Below are positions 9,437-19,649 of a stretch of DNA of 57,895 nt, one piece after another. A program made the position numbers and the translations under genes. Below the pieces are notes generated by a model. That model was not told the origin of the DNA. It was given only the letters and a program-made list of their open reading frames with translations, and did not search any database. The stretch's first letter is position 1; each line of letters begins with the position of its first letter. The stretch lies in assembly GCA_037917625.1 (NCBI GenBank), contig JAVCBY010000045.1:1-57895 (forward strand). The letters are read 5' to 3'. Source of the DNA: Thermoproteota archaeon (lineage in GTDB: Archaea; Korarchaeota; Korarchaeia; Korarchaeales; Korarchaeaceae).

Positions 9437-11569
9437 ATGACCACGCTTATACTGACTGAGAAGCCCAACGTAGCTAAGAGGATAGCTTCGATAATATCAG
9501 AGGGGGCGAGGGCCAGGAAGGAGGGAAAGATATATTATTATGAGTTCGACATGGGTAGCGAGAGGTATTACGTAGCACCGGCCGCTGGTCACCTTCTCGA
9601 GCTGGATTATCCCCCCGGTAAGTGGGAATATCCATCCATAATCTCGCCTGAGAGACTCGTGCTCAAGGAGATAAAGGGGAAGAGGGAGTACTTGAGGGTC
9701 CTGGAGAAATTGGGGAGATCATCGAGTAGGATAATAGTAGCGACGGATTTGGATAGTGAGGGCAGTTCTATCGCTCTGGAGATAATTAAGGCCCTGAATT
9801 GGGAGGGAAAGGAGATATTGAGGATGGAATTCTCCTCCTTAACTAAGGAGGAGGTAAGGAAATCCTTCAGGGAGCTGAAACCCTTCGATTATCCCAGGGC
9901 TTATGCGGGTTGGGTGAGGAGGGTCATAGACCTCGAGTGGGGGGCGAACGTATCTAGAGGGCTCACTTTGAGCACTAGGAGGAAGGGATTGGCGAGAGTG
10001 CTGAGCTCTGGGAGGGTTCAGGGACCTACTCTATCCATGATAGTGAAGAGAGAGCGTGAGATAAGGGAATTCATCCCCAAGAAGTACTACGCTGTCATAG
10101 TGAAAGTTGATAAGGGCTTCTCTCTTGGGTTAGTCCCTCCTAAGGGGGAGGAGAGGATATGGAATAGAGATTATGCGAGGAGAGCTGCTGAGGCTGTGAA
10201 GGAAACTCTAATCGCTAAAGTGAAATCTGATGAGAGGAGAGTGAGCCCTCCTCCTCCATTCGATGGGACCACGCTCCAAGTGGAGGTGAGCGTCATAACT
10301 GGACTTACGCCGAGGCAGATAGCCGATAGGACAAGCGGGATAGCTCAAAAGCTGTATGAAGCTGGATTGATAAGTTACATAGGGACGGAGAGCCAGAAGT
10401 ATCCTAAGAGCTGGGGAAGGAAGGATTTCGTTGATATGATCAAGCTCATAGCTAGTCATAGACCTCTGAAGGAGGAAGCCGAACTCGTCCTGGAGGATAT
10501 GAGGGAAGCCGCTGTCGAGGGTAAGAAGGACGATCCAGCTCATCCAACGATACACGTAGTCGGAGTGCCAGAGGAGAGGCTTGAGGGGAAGTATAGAGAA
10601 GTATATGAGATAATAGCTAGGAGGAATCTCGCTACTTTAGCTCAAGACGCTTTAATTAAGAGGATCAGAGTGGAAGCGAATGCTGGTGGCTTCATCTTCA
10701 GGGCTAGCGGTTCCTCAGTATTGAGAGAGGGATGGATGAAGGTCTACCCTTACGGGAGGGTGGAGGAGTTTCCTGAGGTTCAAGATGGTGAGGAGTTGAG
10801 GGTAGTCGAAGTTAAGATGGAGGAGAGGGAAACCCAGCCCCCTAAGAGGTACTCCCACACATCCCTGATAAGGGAGATGGAGAGATTAGGGTTGGGGACT
10901 AAGAACACGAGAGTGCAGATAATAGATATACTGAAGAGCAGGGGTTACTTGGAGGAAGGGAGCTTCAAGCCCACTAGACTCGGGGAGGCCATAGTTGAGG
11001 TATTAGAGAGCTTCGTCCCAGCTTTGACGAATCCCGAGCTCACAGCTAAGCTCGAGAGGGGAATGAACGAGATAGAGCTGGGGAAACTGGATCCAAACGA
11101 TTTCCTCACTGAATCTTTAGATGAGTTGAGGAATATCATGGATGAGTTCAAGAGGAATGAGTTGAAGATATCTGAGAGGCTCTATGAGGGGCTCAGGGAG
11201 TACAGGAGCGGGAGCTTGGGGAAGTGCCCTATGTGCGGAGGAGACCTCAATATGAGGAAGAGCAATTATGGATATTTCATAGTCTGCTCAAATTATCCTG
11301 AGAAATGCGATGTGAAATATAATTTATTAAAAAACGAGAGATTTGAAGGGAGATTTTGTGAATGTGGATTGCCGCTGGTGAGCGGGAGGATCAAGATTAA
11401 AAGCAATAGGGGGAGGAGTTATGTCAGGCGCATAGCTAACTGCGATAGGACCCCTCTGAGGTGTGCGAAATGCGGAGGTCCGATGGTCGCGAAACAGGGG
11501 AAGTTCGGGGTGTACCTGAGGTGCGAGAGCTGCGGCTCGACGAACTTCTTCAGGGTAAGGAAGCTTTGA
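9437..11569 (+). CDS. topA: Type IA DNA topoisomerase with C-terminal zinc ribbons
   Basis: TOPRIM TEKP and TDLDSEG; SSGRVQGPTL; active-site LYEAGLISY; GLGTKNTR; CPMCGG, CECG and CAKCGG ribbons. Confidence 0.93.
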   Translation: MTTLILTEKPNVAKRIASIISEGARARKEGKIYYYEFDMGSERYYVAPAAGHLLELDYPPGKWEYPSIISPERLVLKEIKGKREYLRVLEKLGRSSSRIIVATDLDSEGSSIALEIIKALNWEGKEILRMEFSSLTKEEVRKSFRELKPFDYPRAYAGWVRRVIDLEWGANVSRGLTLSTRRKGLARVLSSGRVQGPTLSMIVKREREIREFIPKKYYAVIVKVDKGFSLGLVPPKGEERIWNRDYARRAAEAVKETLIAKVKSDERRVSPPPPFDGTTLQVEVSVITGLTPRQIADRTSGIAQKLYEAGLISYIGTESQKYPKSWGRKDFVDMIKLIASHRPLKEEAELVLEDMREAAVEGKKDDPAHPTIHVVGVPEERLEGKYREVYEIIARRNLATLAQDALIKRIRVEANAGGFIFRASGSSVLREGWMKVYPYGRVEEFPEVQDGEELRVVEVKMEERETQPPKRYSHTSLIREMERLGLGTKNTRVQIIDILKSRGYLEEGSFKPTRLGEAIVEVLESFVPALTNPELTAKLERGMNEIELGKLDPNDFLTESLDELRNIMDEFKRNELKISERLYEGLREYRSGSLGKCPMCGGDLNMRKSNYGYFIVCSNYPEKCDVKYNLLKNERFEGRFCECGLPLVSGRIKIKSNRGRSYVRRIANCDRTPLRCAKCGGPMVAKQGKFGVYLRCESCGSTNFFRVRKL

Positions 11570-12123
11570 TAACAGATCTCGATGGGACGCTAGTGGATCT
11601 GGGGATAAATTGGGATTCTCTGGGGGAGAAAGTAAGGGCTGAGATGGGATGGGATCATCCCCTGAAGCCTCTGGGCCCCAGCATACCGAAGGCAGCTAGG
11701 AATAAGGATGAGGAGATTAGGGCATTCAAGATAGTTGAGGAGGAGGAGATAATCGCATCTAGCAGGGCAGATAGGAATCCAAAGTTGATAGAGATCTTTA
11801 AAAGAGTTAGGGGGATGGGGTTGAAGCTAGCCTTAGTGACTTTGCAAGCGAGGAAGCCGGCTTTGATAGCGCTCGAGAGACTCGGTATTTTGGAGTTCTT
11901 CGATGCAGTGATAACGAGGGAGTCCTCCCTAGATAGGAAGGAGCAGCTAATCATGGCCTTAGATGAGTTAGGAGTAGATCCCAGTAAATGCATCTTCTTC
12001 GGCGATACCCCTTGGGACGTGGATGCCGGTAGGGAGTTAGGGATTGAAACAGTCTGCGTTGGAAGAAGAATCGATGGATGCGATTATTTCGTCCAGAAAT
12101 TTGAGGATCTAGCTGTTCACTAA
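11566..12123 (+). CDS. HAD-superfamily hydrolase (subfamily IA-like)
   Basis: ITDLDGTL, LVT, FFGDTPWDVDAG; start moved to the TTG overlapping the topA stop (TTGA). Confidence 0.85.
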   Translation: MITDLDGTLVDLGINWDSLGEKVRAEMGWDHPLKPLGPSIPKAARNKDEEIRAFKIVEEEEIIASSRADRNPKLIEIFKRVRGMGLKLALVTLQARKPALIALERLGILEFFDAVITRESSLDRKEQLIMALDELGVDPSKCIFFGDTPWDVDAGRELGIETVCVGRRIDGCDYFVQKFEDLAVH

Positions 12124-12357
12124 AAGCTCAGGTCTCTCCTTCTCTATCCTCTCGAGGAGTTTCTTAGCCCTCTCAGTCGCGTAGACACGCATACCTCCCC
12201 CGCTATAAGATACCTTAACGAGTCCCTCACTCTCCAAGAACTTTATCACCTTAACTCTGTACTCTCTCTTCGAGACTAGCTTACTTGCGGTCACTCCTTT
12301 CTCCCCTTTGCTCACCAACTCCTTCAATATCCTTATGTGAGATTTCAGCAGGGTCAT
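12109..12357 (-). CDS. Small winged-helix protein
   Basis: HIRILKEL...VTASKL...LESEGLV...VYATERAKKLL pattern. Confidence 0.65.
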   Translation of the reverse strand: MTLLKSHIRILKELVSKGEKGVTASKLVSKREYRVKVIKFLESEGLVKVSYSGGGMRVYATERAKKLLERIEKERPELLVNS

Positions 12358-12502
12358 ATGCCCACCTCCATAATACTTAACCGATTTAATTAATAAATAT
12401 TCACGTTAGGTTACGGGCATATAATCACTTCATATGTGCTGATAACCATTGTAATAATAATTAAAGGGATACGTTCCTAAATCTTAATTCAGAACTTCCC
12501 CA

Positions 12503-12976
12503 TTAAGGAGCGGTAAAATCTCGTGAGTGAAAGCTATCATCATTAGTCCTCGCGTACTCCCTAACGTAACTCAAGAAAAGCCTTATTAGTTTTCTCAATT
12601 CATCAGCTTCCCTCTTCTTATCGATCATCTCCTTACCAATACGCATCACTTGATCTAAGAGGAGCTTGAGGCCTTCTTGAGAGGGAGCTGCGACGAGGAC
12701 TTTCTCCATCCTCGTATATTCCACTCTCTTCAGGAAATGATCTATCTGTTGAATTAACTGCTCAGAAATATCTTTGTTTTTATTTGAGGATTTCAAGCTC
12801 ATCTTATACATATTTAGAGCTCTCCTCTCCCTCTCCAATGGGTCGTACTTTATCTCTACCTTGACGATGCTCCCCAAAGATGAGACTCTGGTATGAGCAT
12901 CCAAGCCCATATCGCTCAGGGCCTTCATGATAGAATCCAAGGTTATCCCATCACTCCCCCTCGATTTCATCCTCAT
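12503..12976 (-). CDS. Hypothetical protein with coiled-coil segments (start uncertain, may be the internal TTG)
   Basis: ORF with genome-typical codon usage, coupled to the upstream zinc-finger gene. Confidence 0.6.
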   Translation of the reverse strand: MRMKSRGSDGITLDSIMKALSDMGLDAHTRVSSLGSIVKVEIKYDPLERERRALNMYKMSLKSSNKNKDISEQLIQQIDHFLKRVEYTRMEKVLVAAPSQEGLKLLLDQVMRIGKEMIDKKREADELRKLIRLFLSYVREYARTNDDSFHSRDFTAP

Positions 12977-13127
12977 CTACCTCAATTTCACCCACTATAG
13001 GGCCCCTATACCCGCAGTCCGGGCACGCGTACTCATCGGGCAGCAGCCACCCTGAGAAGGGAGATGACTTCCTTATATTTAGGCTACCGCAGACGGGACA
13101 TACGATGAGCTTCACCTTCTTCCCCAT
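12951..13127 (-). CDS. 58-aa CPxCG zinc-finger protein (not in the ORF track)
   Basis: Manual translation MGKKVKLIVCPVCGSLNIRKSSPFSGWLLPDEYACPDCGYRGPIVGEIEVDEDEIEGE*; two CPxCG knuckles. Confidence 0.85.
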   Translation of the reverse strand: MGKKVKLIVCPVCGSLNIRKSSPFSGWLLPDEYACPDCGYRGPIVGEIEVDEDEIEGE

Positions 13128-13281
13128 ATCTATCGCTCCACATAGTATGCTGCAGTTATCTACATTATTATTTAAAATTTTCTATAATATCGCCAGGAAA
13201 TATGAAAAATTTTGAAAATTTTAAGGGCATCACTTCCACATGATAACTTTGTTCGATCTCACGCTAATTTACTGTATTTTT

Positions 13282-13440
13282 GCTCAGTGACGTGAGCTTG
13301 ATTCCTAGTGGATCCCCCTAGGATCTAGAATTCATCGGGGAATGAAGTCTCAATTATCCTCTATGCCCCGGCTAAGGGGAAGCATTAGTGAAACTTGAGC
13401 ATATAGTTATGCTGGGGAACTTTAATGCGGGGCTCCGCGC
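13282..13440. ncRNA. Candidate structured non-coding element upstream of leuS
   Basis: Six consecutive short stem-loops and no convincing ORF on either strand (see findings). Confidence 0.3.
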
Positions 13441-13488
13441 ACTCTCACTAAATTTTTAATTGGCCTCACCCACCCCGGGTGTAGGTGA

Positions 13489-16350
13489 ATGTCAGTGGAA
13501 GAGCTCGTTGAGAGGATGAGGAACATTGAAAGGAAATGGCAGGAGAGATGGGAGAAATCGAGGATATTTGAAGCTGATCCCGATAGAAATCTCAAGAAAT
13601 TTTACTTAACTGTAGCTTATCCCTATCCGAACAGCCCACAGCACATAGGACACGGTAGGACTTACGGCCTCACGGATGCTTACGCTAGGTTCAAGAGGAT
13701 GCAAGGATATAATGTGCTCTTCCCCATGGCCTTCCATTACACTGGCACGCCGATACTCGCCATGGCCAAGAGGTTGAAGGAGGGGGATAAGGAGATATTA
13801 GATTCATTCCTCATGATCTACGGGATCCCTGAGGAAAAACTTGGTGAACTTGAGGACCCCCTTAAGATGGCGAGGTACTTCCATGAGGAGATAAAAGCTG
13901 GGATGAAGTTGATGGGATACTCGATAGATTGGAGGAGGGAATTCACTACTATAGATCCAGCTTACAATAAGTTCATCACTTGGCAGTTCATGAAGCTGCT
14001 GGAGAGGGGGTACTTAACTAAGGGGAAGCATCCCGTGGGCTGGTGCCCGAGATGCGATAATGCTGTAGGGCAGCACGATACTAGAGGGGATGTTGAACCT
14101 GAGATAACTGAAATCACTTTGATAAAATTCAAGGGGGATTCCCTAATAGTTCCCACAGCTACCTATAGGCCTGAGACGGTCTTCGGGGTCACTAACATAT
14201 GGATAAACCCTGAAGTGGAGTACAGGATAGTTGAAGTTAACGGGGAGAGGTGGGTACTATCTGAAGAAGCCGCCATCAAGCTCAAGTTTCAAGGATTCGA
14301 TGTCAAGGAATTGGGGAAGGTGAAGGGAGAGGAGCTCATTGGGAAGTACTTCAGGAACCCAGCCACAGGAAAGGATGTTCCCATCCTCCCAGCGAAATTC
14401 GTCAAGCCCGATTATGGGACGGGAATCGTGATGTCAGTACCGGGGCATGCTCCTTACGACTTCTTAGCCCTTAGGGATCTGAAATCAGATCTGGAGACCT
14501 TGAGGAAATATGGCATAGAGGACATTTCGGGATTAGAGCCCATATCGATAATAGAAGTTGAGGGCTTCTCGGATTTCCCAGCTAAGGATGCTGTGGAATC
14601 ATTAGGGGTTAAGGATCAGTTGGATTTGAGAGCGGAGGAAGCTACTCAGCTAGTCTACTCCAAGGAGTACCATAATGGTAGGATGAAAGCGAATACGAGG
14701 TACCCAGGCATGCCAGTCAAGGAAGCTAAGGAGAGGGTTAAGGAAGACCTGATAGCTAGTGGAGATGCCCATAAGTTCTATGAGATAGTTAATTCACCTG
14801 TCCACTGTAGGTGCGGAGCTAAAGTAGTGGTGAAGATAGTGGAAGATCAGTGGTTCATAGATTACTCTAATCCCGAGTGGAAGAAGTTAGCTCATGAAGC
14901 TTTGAGGGAGATGAGGATAGTACCGAAGGAACTGAGGAGGGAGTTCGAGGATGCTATCGATTGGATGAGGGAGAAGGCATGCGCCAGGAAGAGTGGCCTC
15001 GGAACTAGGCTCCCCTTCGATCCAAATTGGATAATAGAGAGCCTCAGCGACTCAACTATCTACATGGCTTTCTACACGATAAGCAAGTACATAAATTCGG
15101 GGATCTTGGATCCCTCGAAGTTAGATGAGGAGGTCTTCGATTACATATTCTTAGGTAGGGGGAGTGAGGAGGATCTCTCCTCGAGGAAGGGGATAGATGA
15201 GGACGTGCTTAGAAGGGCTAGGGAGGAGTTCCTATATTGGTACCCTCTGGACTCGAGGCACAGTGGGAGGGATCTAGTGTGGAATCACCTCACTTTCTTC
15301 ATATTCAACCACGTAGCCATATTCCCGAGGGAGCTATGGCCGAGGCAGATAGTGGTGAACGGCTCAGTGACCATGGAGGGCAAGAAGATGTCTAAATCTC
15401 TAGGAAATATAATACCCATAAGGAGGGCCGTTGAGCTCTTTGGAGCAGATCCCATAAGGCTTTCAGTCATGGGATCCGCTGAGCTCTCCTCCGATGCTGA
15501 CTTCTCCCCTATAGTAGCGAGTAGCACCCTCAAGAGGCTCTTCAGGATCCTCGATTTAGCTTCCAAGTTCAGCAGCTTCGATGAGGAGATGGCAGTTGAG
15601 GACCTCTGGGATATGTGGCTGATAACTATGCTCAAGTTCCACGTGAAGGAGGTAACCGATGCTATGGAGGAATGCAGGGCTAGGGAGGCGATACACCACT
15701 CAGTTTACTTACTGCTGAATGAAGTCGAGGAGTACCTTGAAGCTAAAGGTGAAGCCAATGGGAAGCTTATGAAATATGTTTTGAGCGTTTGGGCTAGGCT
15801 CTTAGCCCCCTTCGCCCCTCACATGGCTGAGGAGATATGGGAGACTATAGGGGGGGAGGGATTCGTCTCACTAGCCCCTTGGCCATCCCATGAGGAGATC
15901 CCCGAGTACAAGGAAGCTGAGATATCTTATAAGGTTTTATCGAATATAATAGAAGATGTTAAGACAATCTCATCCTCAGGGATATCTGGGAGCAATCTCT
16001 ACATTTACGTAGCCTCTCCATGGAAGTATGAGCTCTTCAGGAGGATAGAGGAGCTCAAGCCGGAATTAGGGCTCGACCCCAGGAGACTGATACCTGAGAT
16101 CATGAAGGATCCTGCCTTCAGGGAGAGAGGCTCTGATGTGGTTGAGATAGTGAAGCAAGTCTCCAGCAGCGGATGGCCATGGCTCCCCGATAGGGATAGG
16201 GAGCTATCAGCATTGGAAACTGCGAAGAATTATTTAGAGAGGAAGTTGGAGATGAAAATAAAGTTGGATCTTGAGGAGAATCCCTCATACGACCCGAAGA
16301 AGAGGGCCTCGAGGGCCCTCCCCGGGAGGCCCGCTATATACATAGAGTAA
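13489..16350 (+). CDS. leuS: Leucine--tRNA ligase (archaeal/eukaryotic type)
   Basis: YPYPNSPQHIGH, ATYRPET editing domain, GTGIVMSVPGHAPYD, IESLSDSTIYMA, KMSKS. Confidence 0.97.
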   Translation: MSVEELVERMRNIERKWQERWEKSRIFEADPDRNLKKFYLTVAYPYPNSPQHIGHGRTYGLTDAYARFKRMQGYNVLFPMAFHYTGTPILAMAKRLKEGDKEILDSFLMIYGIPEEKLGELEDPLKMARYFHEEIKAGMKLMGYSIDWRREFTTIDPAYNKFITWQFMKLLERGYLTKGKHPVGWCPRCDNAVGQHDTRGDVEPEITEITLIKFKGDSLIVPTATYRPETVFGVTNIWINPEVEYRIVEVNGERWVLSEEAAIKLKFQGFDVKELGKVKGEELIGKYFRNPATGKDVPILPAKFVKPDYGTGIVMSVPGHAPYDFLALRDLKSDLETLRKYGIEDISGLEPISIIEVEGFSDFPAKDAVESLGVKDQLDLRAEEATQLVYSKEYHNGRMKANTRYPGMPVKEAKERVKEDLIASGDAHKFYEIVNSPVHCRCGAKVVVKIVEDQWFIDYSNPEWKKLAHEALREMRIVPKELRREFEDAIDWMREKACARKSGLGTRLPFDPNWIIESLSDSTIYMAFYTISKYINSGILDPSKLDEEVFDYIFLGRGSEEDLSSRKGIDEDVLRRAREEFLYWYPLDSRHSGRDLVWNHLTFFIFNHVAIFPRELWPRQIVVNGSVTMEGKKMSKSLGNIIPIRRAVELFGADPIRLSVMGSAELSSDADFSPIVASSTLKRLFRILDLASKFSSFDEEMAVEDLWDMWLITMLKFHVKEVTDAMEECRAREAIHHSVYLLLNEVEEYLEAKGEANGKLMKYVLSVWARLLAPFAPHMAEEIWETIGGEGFVSLAPWPSHEEIPEYKEAEISYKVLSNIIEDVKTISSSGISGSNLYIYVASPWKYELFRRIEELKPELGLDPRRLIPEIMKDPAFRERGSDVVEIVKQVSSSGWPWLPDRDRELSALETAKNYLERKLEMKIKLDLEENPSYDPKKRASRALPGRPAIYIE

Positions 16351-16351
16351 C

Positions 16352-17365
16352 TCAAATTCCCATTTTTTCCCTGAGGTAGTCCACTAGATCCACTACTCTA
16401 GCTGAATAACCCCACTCATTATCGTACCATCCGAACACCTTGACCATGTTCCCATCTACGACTTGAGTTAAGGAGGGATCGAAGACTACGCTGTGCTCAT
16501 CCCCTATCAGATCCACAGATACTATAGGGTCCTCAGCTATCCCTAAATACCTCGGCATCCTCTTAGCTTCCTCCTCGAAGGCTGCGTTGACTTCCTCAAT
16601 GCTCACCTTCTTCTCCAGCTCAGCAGCGAAGTCCACTATAGATACATCGTATGTCGGGACCCTCATGGCTATAGCGGAGAGCCTGCCCTTGAGCTCAGGG
16701 AATATAAGCTCTATAGTTTTAGCTGCTCCAGTCGAAGTGGGGATCATAGATATAGCAGCAGCTCTAGCGCGCCTCAAATCGGAGTGAGGGGCATCCAATA
16801 TCCTCTGATCGTTCGTATATGCATGAATCGTTGTCATCACACCTCTCCTGATCTTGAACCTCTCATGGAGTACCTTCACCATTATAGCGAAGGCATTAGT
16901 CGTGCAAGAGGAATTGCTTATCACGTGATGCTTCCCTACATCTATCCCCTCCTCATTGACCCCCATCACGACAGTATAATCAGCTGACTCCCCCTTAGAT
17001 GGAGCTGTTATAACTACTTTCTTAACGGAGCCCCTCATATGCTTAGCGGCATCGCTCCTGCTCGTGAATAAACCTGAGGCCTCTATGACTAAGTCCACGC
17101 CTAGCTCATCCCATGGGATAGATGAAGGATCCTTCTGGCTGAAGACCCTTATCTCCTTCCCATTGACTATTATCGCGGACTCCTTGTGACTTATCTCAGC
17201 TTCAAACCTCCCGAAGATCGAATCGTACTTGAGGAGGTGAGCTAGAACTTTTGGCTCAGTTATATCGTTCAGAGCGACGAAATCTATGTTGGGATTCCTC
17301 AGACCTATCTTGAAGACCTGTCTGCCTATCCTACCGAAACCGTTGATGCCTACGCGCATGGGCAT
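16352..17365 (-). CDS. gap: Glyceraldehyde-3-phosphate dehydrogenase, class I (bacterial/eukaryotic type)
   Basis: GINGFGRIGR, LLKYDS, SCTTN, HAYTNDQ, RRARAAA, STGAAK, WYDNEWGYS. Confidence 0.95.
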   Translation of the reverse strand: MPMRVGINGFGRIGRQVFKIGLRNPNIDFVALNDITEPKVLAHLLKYDSIFGRFEAEISHKESAIIVNGKEIRVFSQKDPSSIPWDELGVDLVIEASGLFTSRSDAAKHMRGSVKKVVITAPSKGESADYTVVMGVNEEGIDVGKHHVISNSSCTTNAFAIMVKVLHERFKIRRGVMTTIHAYTNDQRILDAPHSDLRRARAAAISMIPTSTGAAKTIELIFPELKGRLSAIAMRVPTYDVSIVDFAAELEKKVSIEEVNAAFEEEAKRMPRYLGIAEDPIVSVDLIGDEHSVVFDPSLTQVVDGNMVKVFGWYDNEWGYSARVVDLVDYLREKMGI

Positions 17366-17380
17366 ATGTTGAGGGGACTT

Positions 17381-17396
17381 TAAAAAAATAAAAAAG
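17381..17396 (-). terminator. Oligo-T tract after cdc48; may also serve as promoter DNA for gap
   Basis: Minus strand reads TTTTTTATTTTTTT about 20 nt downstream of the cdc48 stop. Confidence 0.5.
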
Positions 17397-17414
17397 CTTA
17401 GAAAAATTTTGAGG

Positions 17415-19625
17415 TCATGCAGATACTTTTCTCAAGAATTCCTCAGCTATCCTCTTATATCTCTCGATCTCCTCCTTTCCTAATGGCCTGACTTTCTTCA
17501 TAGCTTCCTCAAAGTGCCTCTTCGTTATGAGGAGCTCAGATTTATGGGCTGAGGCCTCCTTAGGATCTTTATACTTGTTTATGTGCTCTTTCAAAGCCAT
17601 CAAAGTGGCTAAATTCACTAAATTCGCTAAGTCAGCACCTGTATACCCATCAGTCTTTGATGCCAGTTCCTCGAGGCTTACATCAGAAGCTAAGGGCTTC
17701 CCCTTCGTATGTATCTTGAGTATCTGCAGCCTGGCAGCGAAATCTGGCGGAGGTACGTAGATTAGCCTATCGAACCTTCCCGGCCTCAGTAATGCTGGGT
17801 CTATTAAATCCGGCCTGTTAGTAGCGGCTATAACTACTACCCTCCTGAGCTCCTCTAGACCATCCATCTCAGTGAGCAACTGACTTATGACCCTCTCCGT
17901 GACTCCTGAGTCACTTGAGTATCCTCTTATCGGCGCTATCGAATCTATCTCATCGAAGAATATTATAGCTGGGGCAGCTTGCCTCGCCCTCCTGAATATC
18001 ATTCTGATGGCTTTCTCGCTCTCCCCAACCCACTTGCTCATTATCTCAGGCCCCTTGACGCTTATGAAGTTAGCCTCACTCTCATTAGCTACGGCTTTAG
18101 CTAGCAGGGTCTTTCCAGTCCCTGGAGGACCGAAGAGCAATATCCCCTTGGGCTGTCTCGCACCGCCAGCTTCGAAGAGCTCTGGGTATTTGAGGGGCCA
18201 CTCTACTGCCATCTTCAGCTCTTCCTTCACTTCATCGAGCCCACCTATGTCATCCCATCTAACATTCGGGACTTGAACTACTACCTCCCTCAGAGCTGAG
18301 GGCGTTATATCCTTGAAGGCCTCCATGAAATCATCCATAGTAACCTTGAGCTTCTCCAAGACTTCAGGTGGTAGCTTCTCACTCTCGAGCAGATTAACTT
18401 CCTTCATCAGCCTCCTCAGGGCCCTCATAGCTGCTTCCCTTACTAGAGCAGCTAGATCAGCTCCCACGAACCCATGAGTTATATCAGCTAATCTATCTAA
18501 ATCCACATCAGCTAGGGGCATGTTCCTCGTGTGTATCAGCAGTATCTCCTTCCTCCCCTCCCTATCAGGCACCCCTATCTCTATCTCCCTATCGAACCTC
18601 CCCGGCCTCCTCAGAGCTGGATCTATAGCTTCGGGCCTGTTAGTAGCTCCTATCACTATCACCTCACCCCTTCCCTTCAATCCATCCATTAAAGCGAGCA
18701 ACTGAGCTACTACTCTCCTCTCAACCTCACCAGTGACTTCCTCTCTCTTAGGGGCGATAGCATCTATTTCGTCCATGAATATTATTGATGGCGCATTCTT
18801 CTCAGCTTCCTCGAATATCTCCCTCAGCCTCTTCTCGCTCTCACCGTAGTACTTGCTCATTATCTCAGGCCCTGATATGCTTATGAAGTGAGCGTTGCTC
18901 TCATTAGCCACAGCTTTAGCTAGCAGAGTCTTTCCAGTGCCTGGAGGACCGTATAATAGTACTCCCTTCGGTGGATCTATCCCTAAGTGTCTGAATAATT
19001 CGGGATGCCTCAATGGGAGCTCTACCATCTCCCTTATCTTCTGGATCGCATCCTTCAAGCCACCTATGTCCTCATAAGTTACTCTCGGGACCTTCCTCTC
19101 CTCAGTGACGGGCTTCTCGCTTATCTCTATCTCAGTATCCCCACTAACAATGACCGCATCTGCTACGGGATTGACTGCTGTGACCACTAAATCTATTAAG
19201 CTTCCGAAGACGTTTATCGTGACCCTATCCCCTCTAACCAGGGGCCTCCCCTCGAGCAACCTCTTGAGGTATTGCTCCCCACCTAGCAATTGTATGGGTT
19301 CCGTGGGTGAGAACACCACTTTCTTAGCTGGCTTAGCTACGCCCTTCCACACCTTGACCGCATCATCTATAGCTGCTCCAGCGTTCCTCCTAGTGTAACC
19401 ATCTATCCTTATCAAGTTCTTACCGTAATCTGAGGAGTAAGATGGCCACGCTATAGCTGCAGTTACTTTAGATCCCTCTATCATCACTACATCTCCAGTG
19501 TTTATCCCAAGGGCTTCCATCACCCTAGGATCGAGTCTAGCTATTCCCCTCCCCACATCCTTTGGATGTGCTTCGGCTACTGTGAGAGTCTCGACTTTCC
19601 TCTCCTTCTCACCCATAAGAATCAC
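17415..19625 (-). CDS. cdc48: CDC48/VAT family AAA+ ATPase (heat-shock operon copy)
   Basis: N-domain [10 protein letters not shown]; two AAA modules with [12 protein letters not shown] and RPGRFDR. Confidence 0.96.
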   Translation of the reverse strand: MILMGEKERKVETLTVAEAHPKDVGRGIARLDPRVMEALGINTGDVVMIEGSKVTAAIAWPSYSSDYGKNLIRIDGYTRRNAGAAIDDAVKVWKGVAKPAKKVVFSPTEPIQLLGGEQYLKRLLEGRPLVRGDRVTINVFGSLIDLVVTAVNPVADAVIVSGDTEIEISEKPVTEERKVPRVTYEDIGGLKDAIQKIREMVELPLRHPELFRHLGIDPPKGVLLYGPPGTGKTLLAKAVANESNAHFISISGPEIMSKYYGESEKRLREIFEEAEKNAPSIIFMDEIDAIAPKREEVTGEVERRVVAQLLALMDGLKGRGEVIVIGATNRPEAIDPALRRPGRFDREIEIGVPDREGRKEILLIHTRNMPLADVDLDRLADITHGFVGADLAALVREAAMRALRRLMKEVNLLESEKLPPEVLEKLKVTMDDFMEAFKDITPSALREVVVQVPNVRWDDIGGLDEVKEELKMAVEWPLKYPELFEAGGARQPKGILLFGPPGTGKTLLAKAVANESEANFISVKGPEIMSKWVGESEKAIRMIFRRARQAAPAIIFFDEIDSIAPIRGYSSDSGVTERVISQLLTEMDGLEELRRVVVIAATNRPDLIDPALLRPGRFDRLIYVPPPDFAARLQILKIHTKGKPLASDVSLEELASKTDGYTGADLANLVNLATLMALKEHINKYKDPKEASAHKSELLITKRHFEEAMKKVRPLGKEEIERYKRIAEEFLRKVSA
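18426..19038. repeat. Near-identical inverted copy of 52796-53408 (cdc48 D1 domain)
   Basis: Base-by-base comparison: 264-bp and 312-bp tracts with one mismatch each, separated by a 37-bp divergent patch. Confidence 0.92.
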
Positions 19626-19649
19626 CTAAATAAAAATAGGTAAGGAAGT

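Noticed and set aside
11461-11565. Long N-terminal extension of the HAD ORF
   Set aside because: Overlaps the TopA zinc ribbon; the DxD motif sits right after the TTG at 11566
13336-13360. GGGAATGAAGTCTC resembling the start of a fluoride (crcB) riboswitch; also CTAATGACTCTAC near 822
   Set aside because: Neither site has both the closing stem and the pseudoknot partner, and no fluoride-related gene follows
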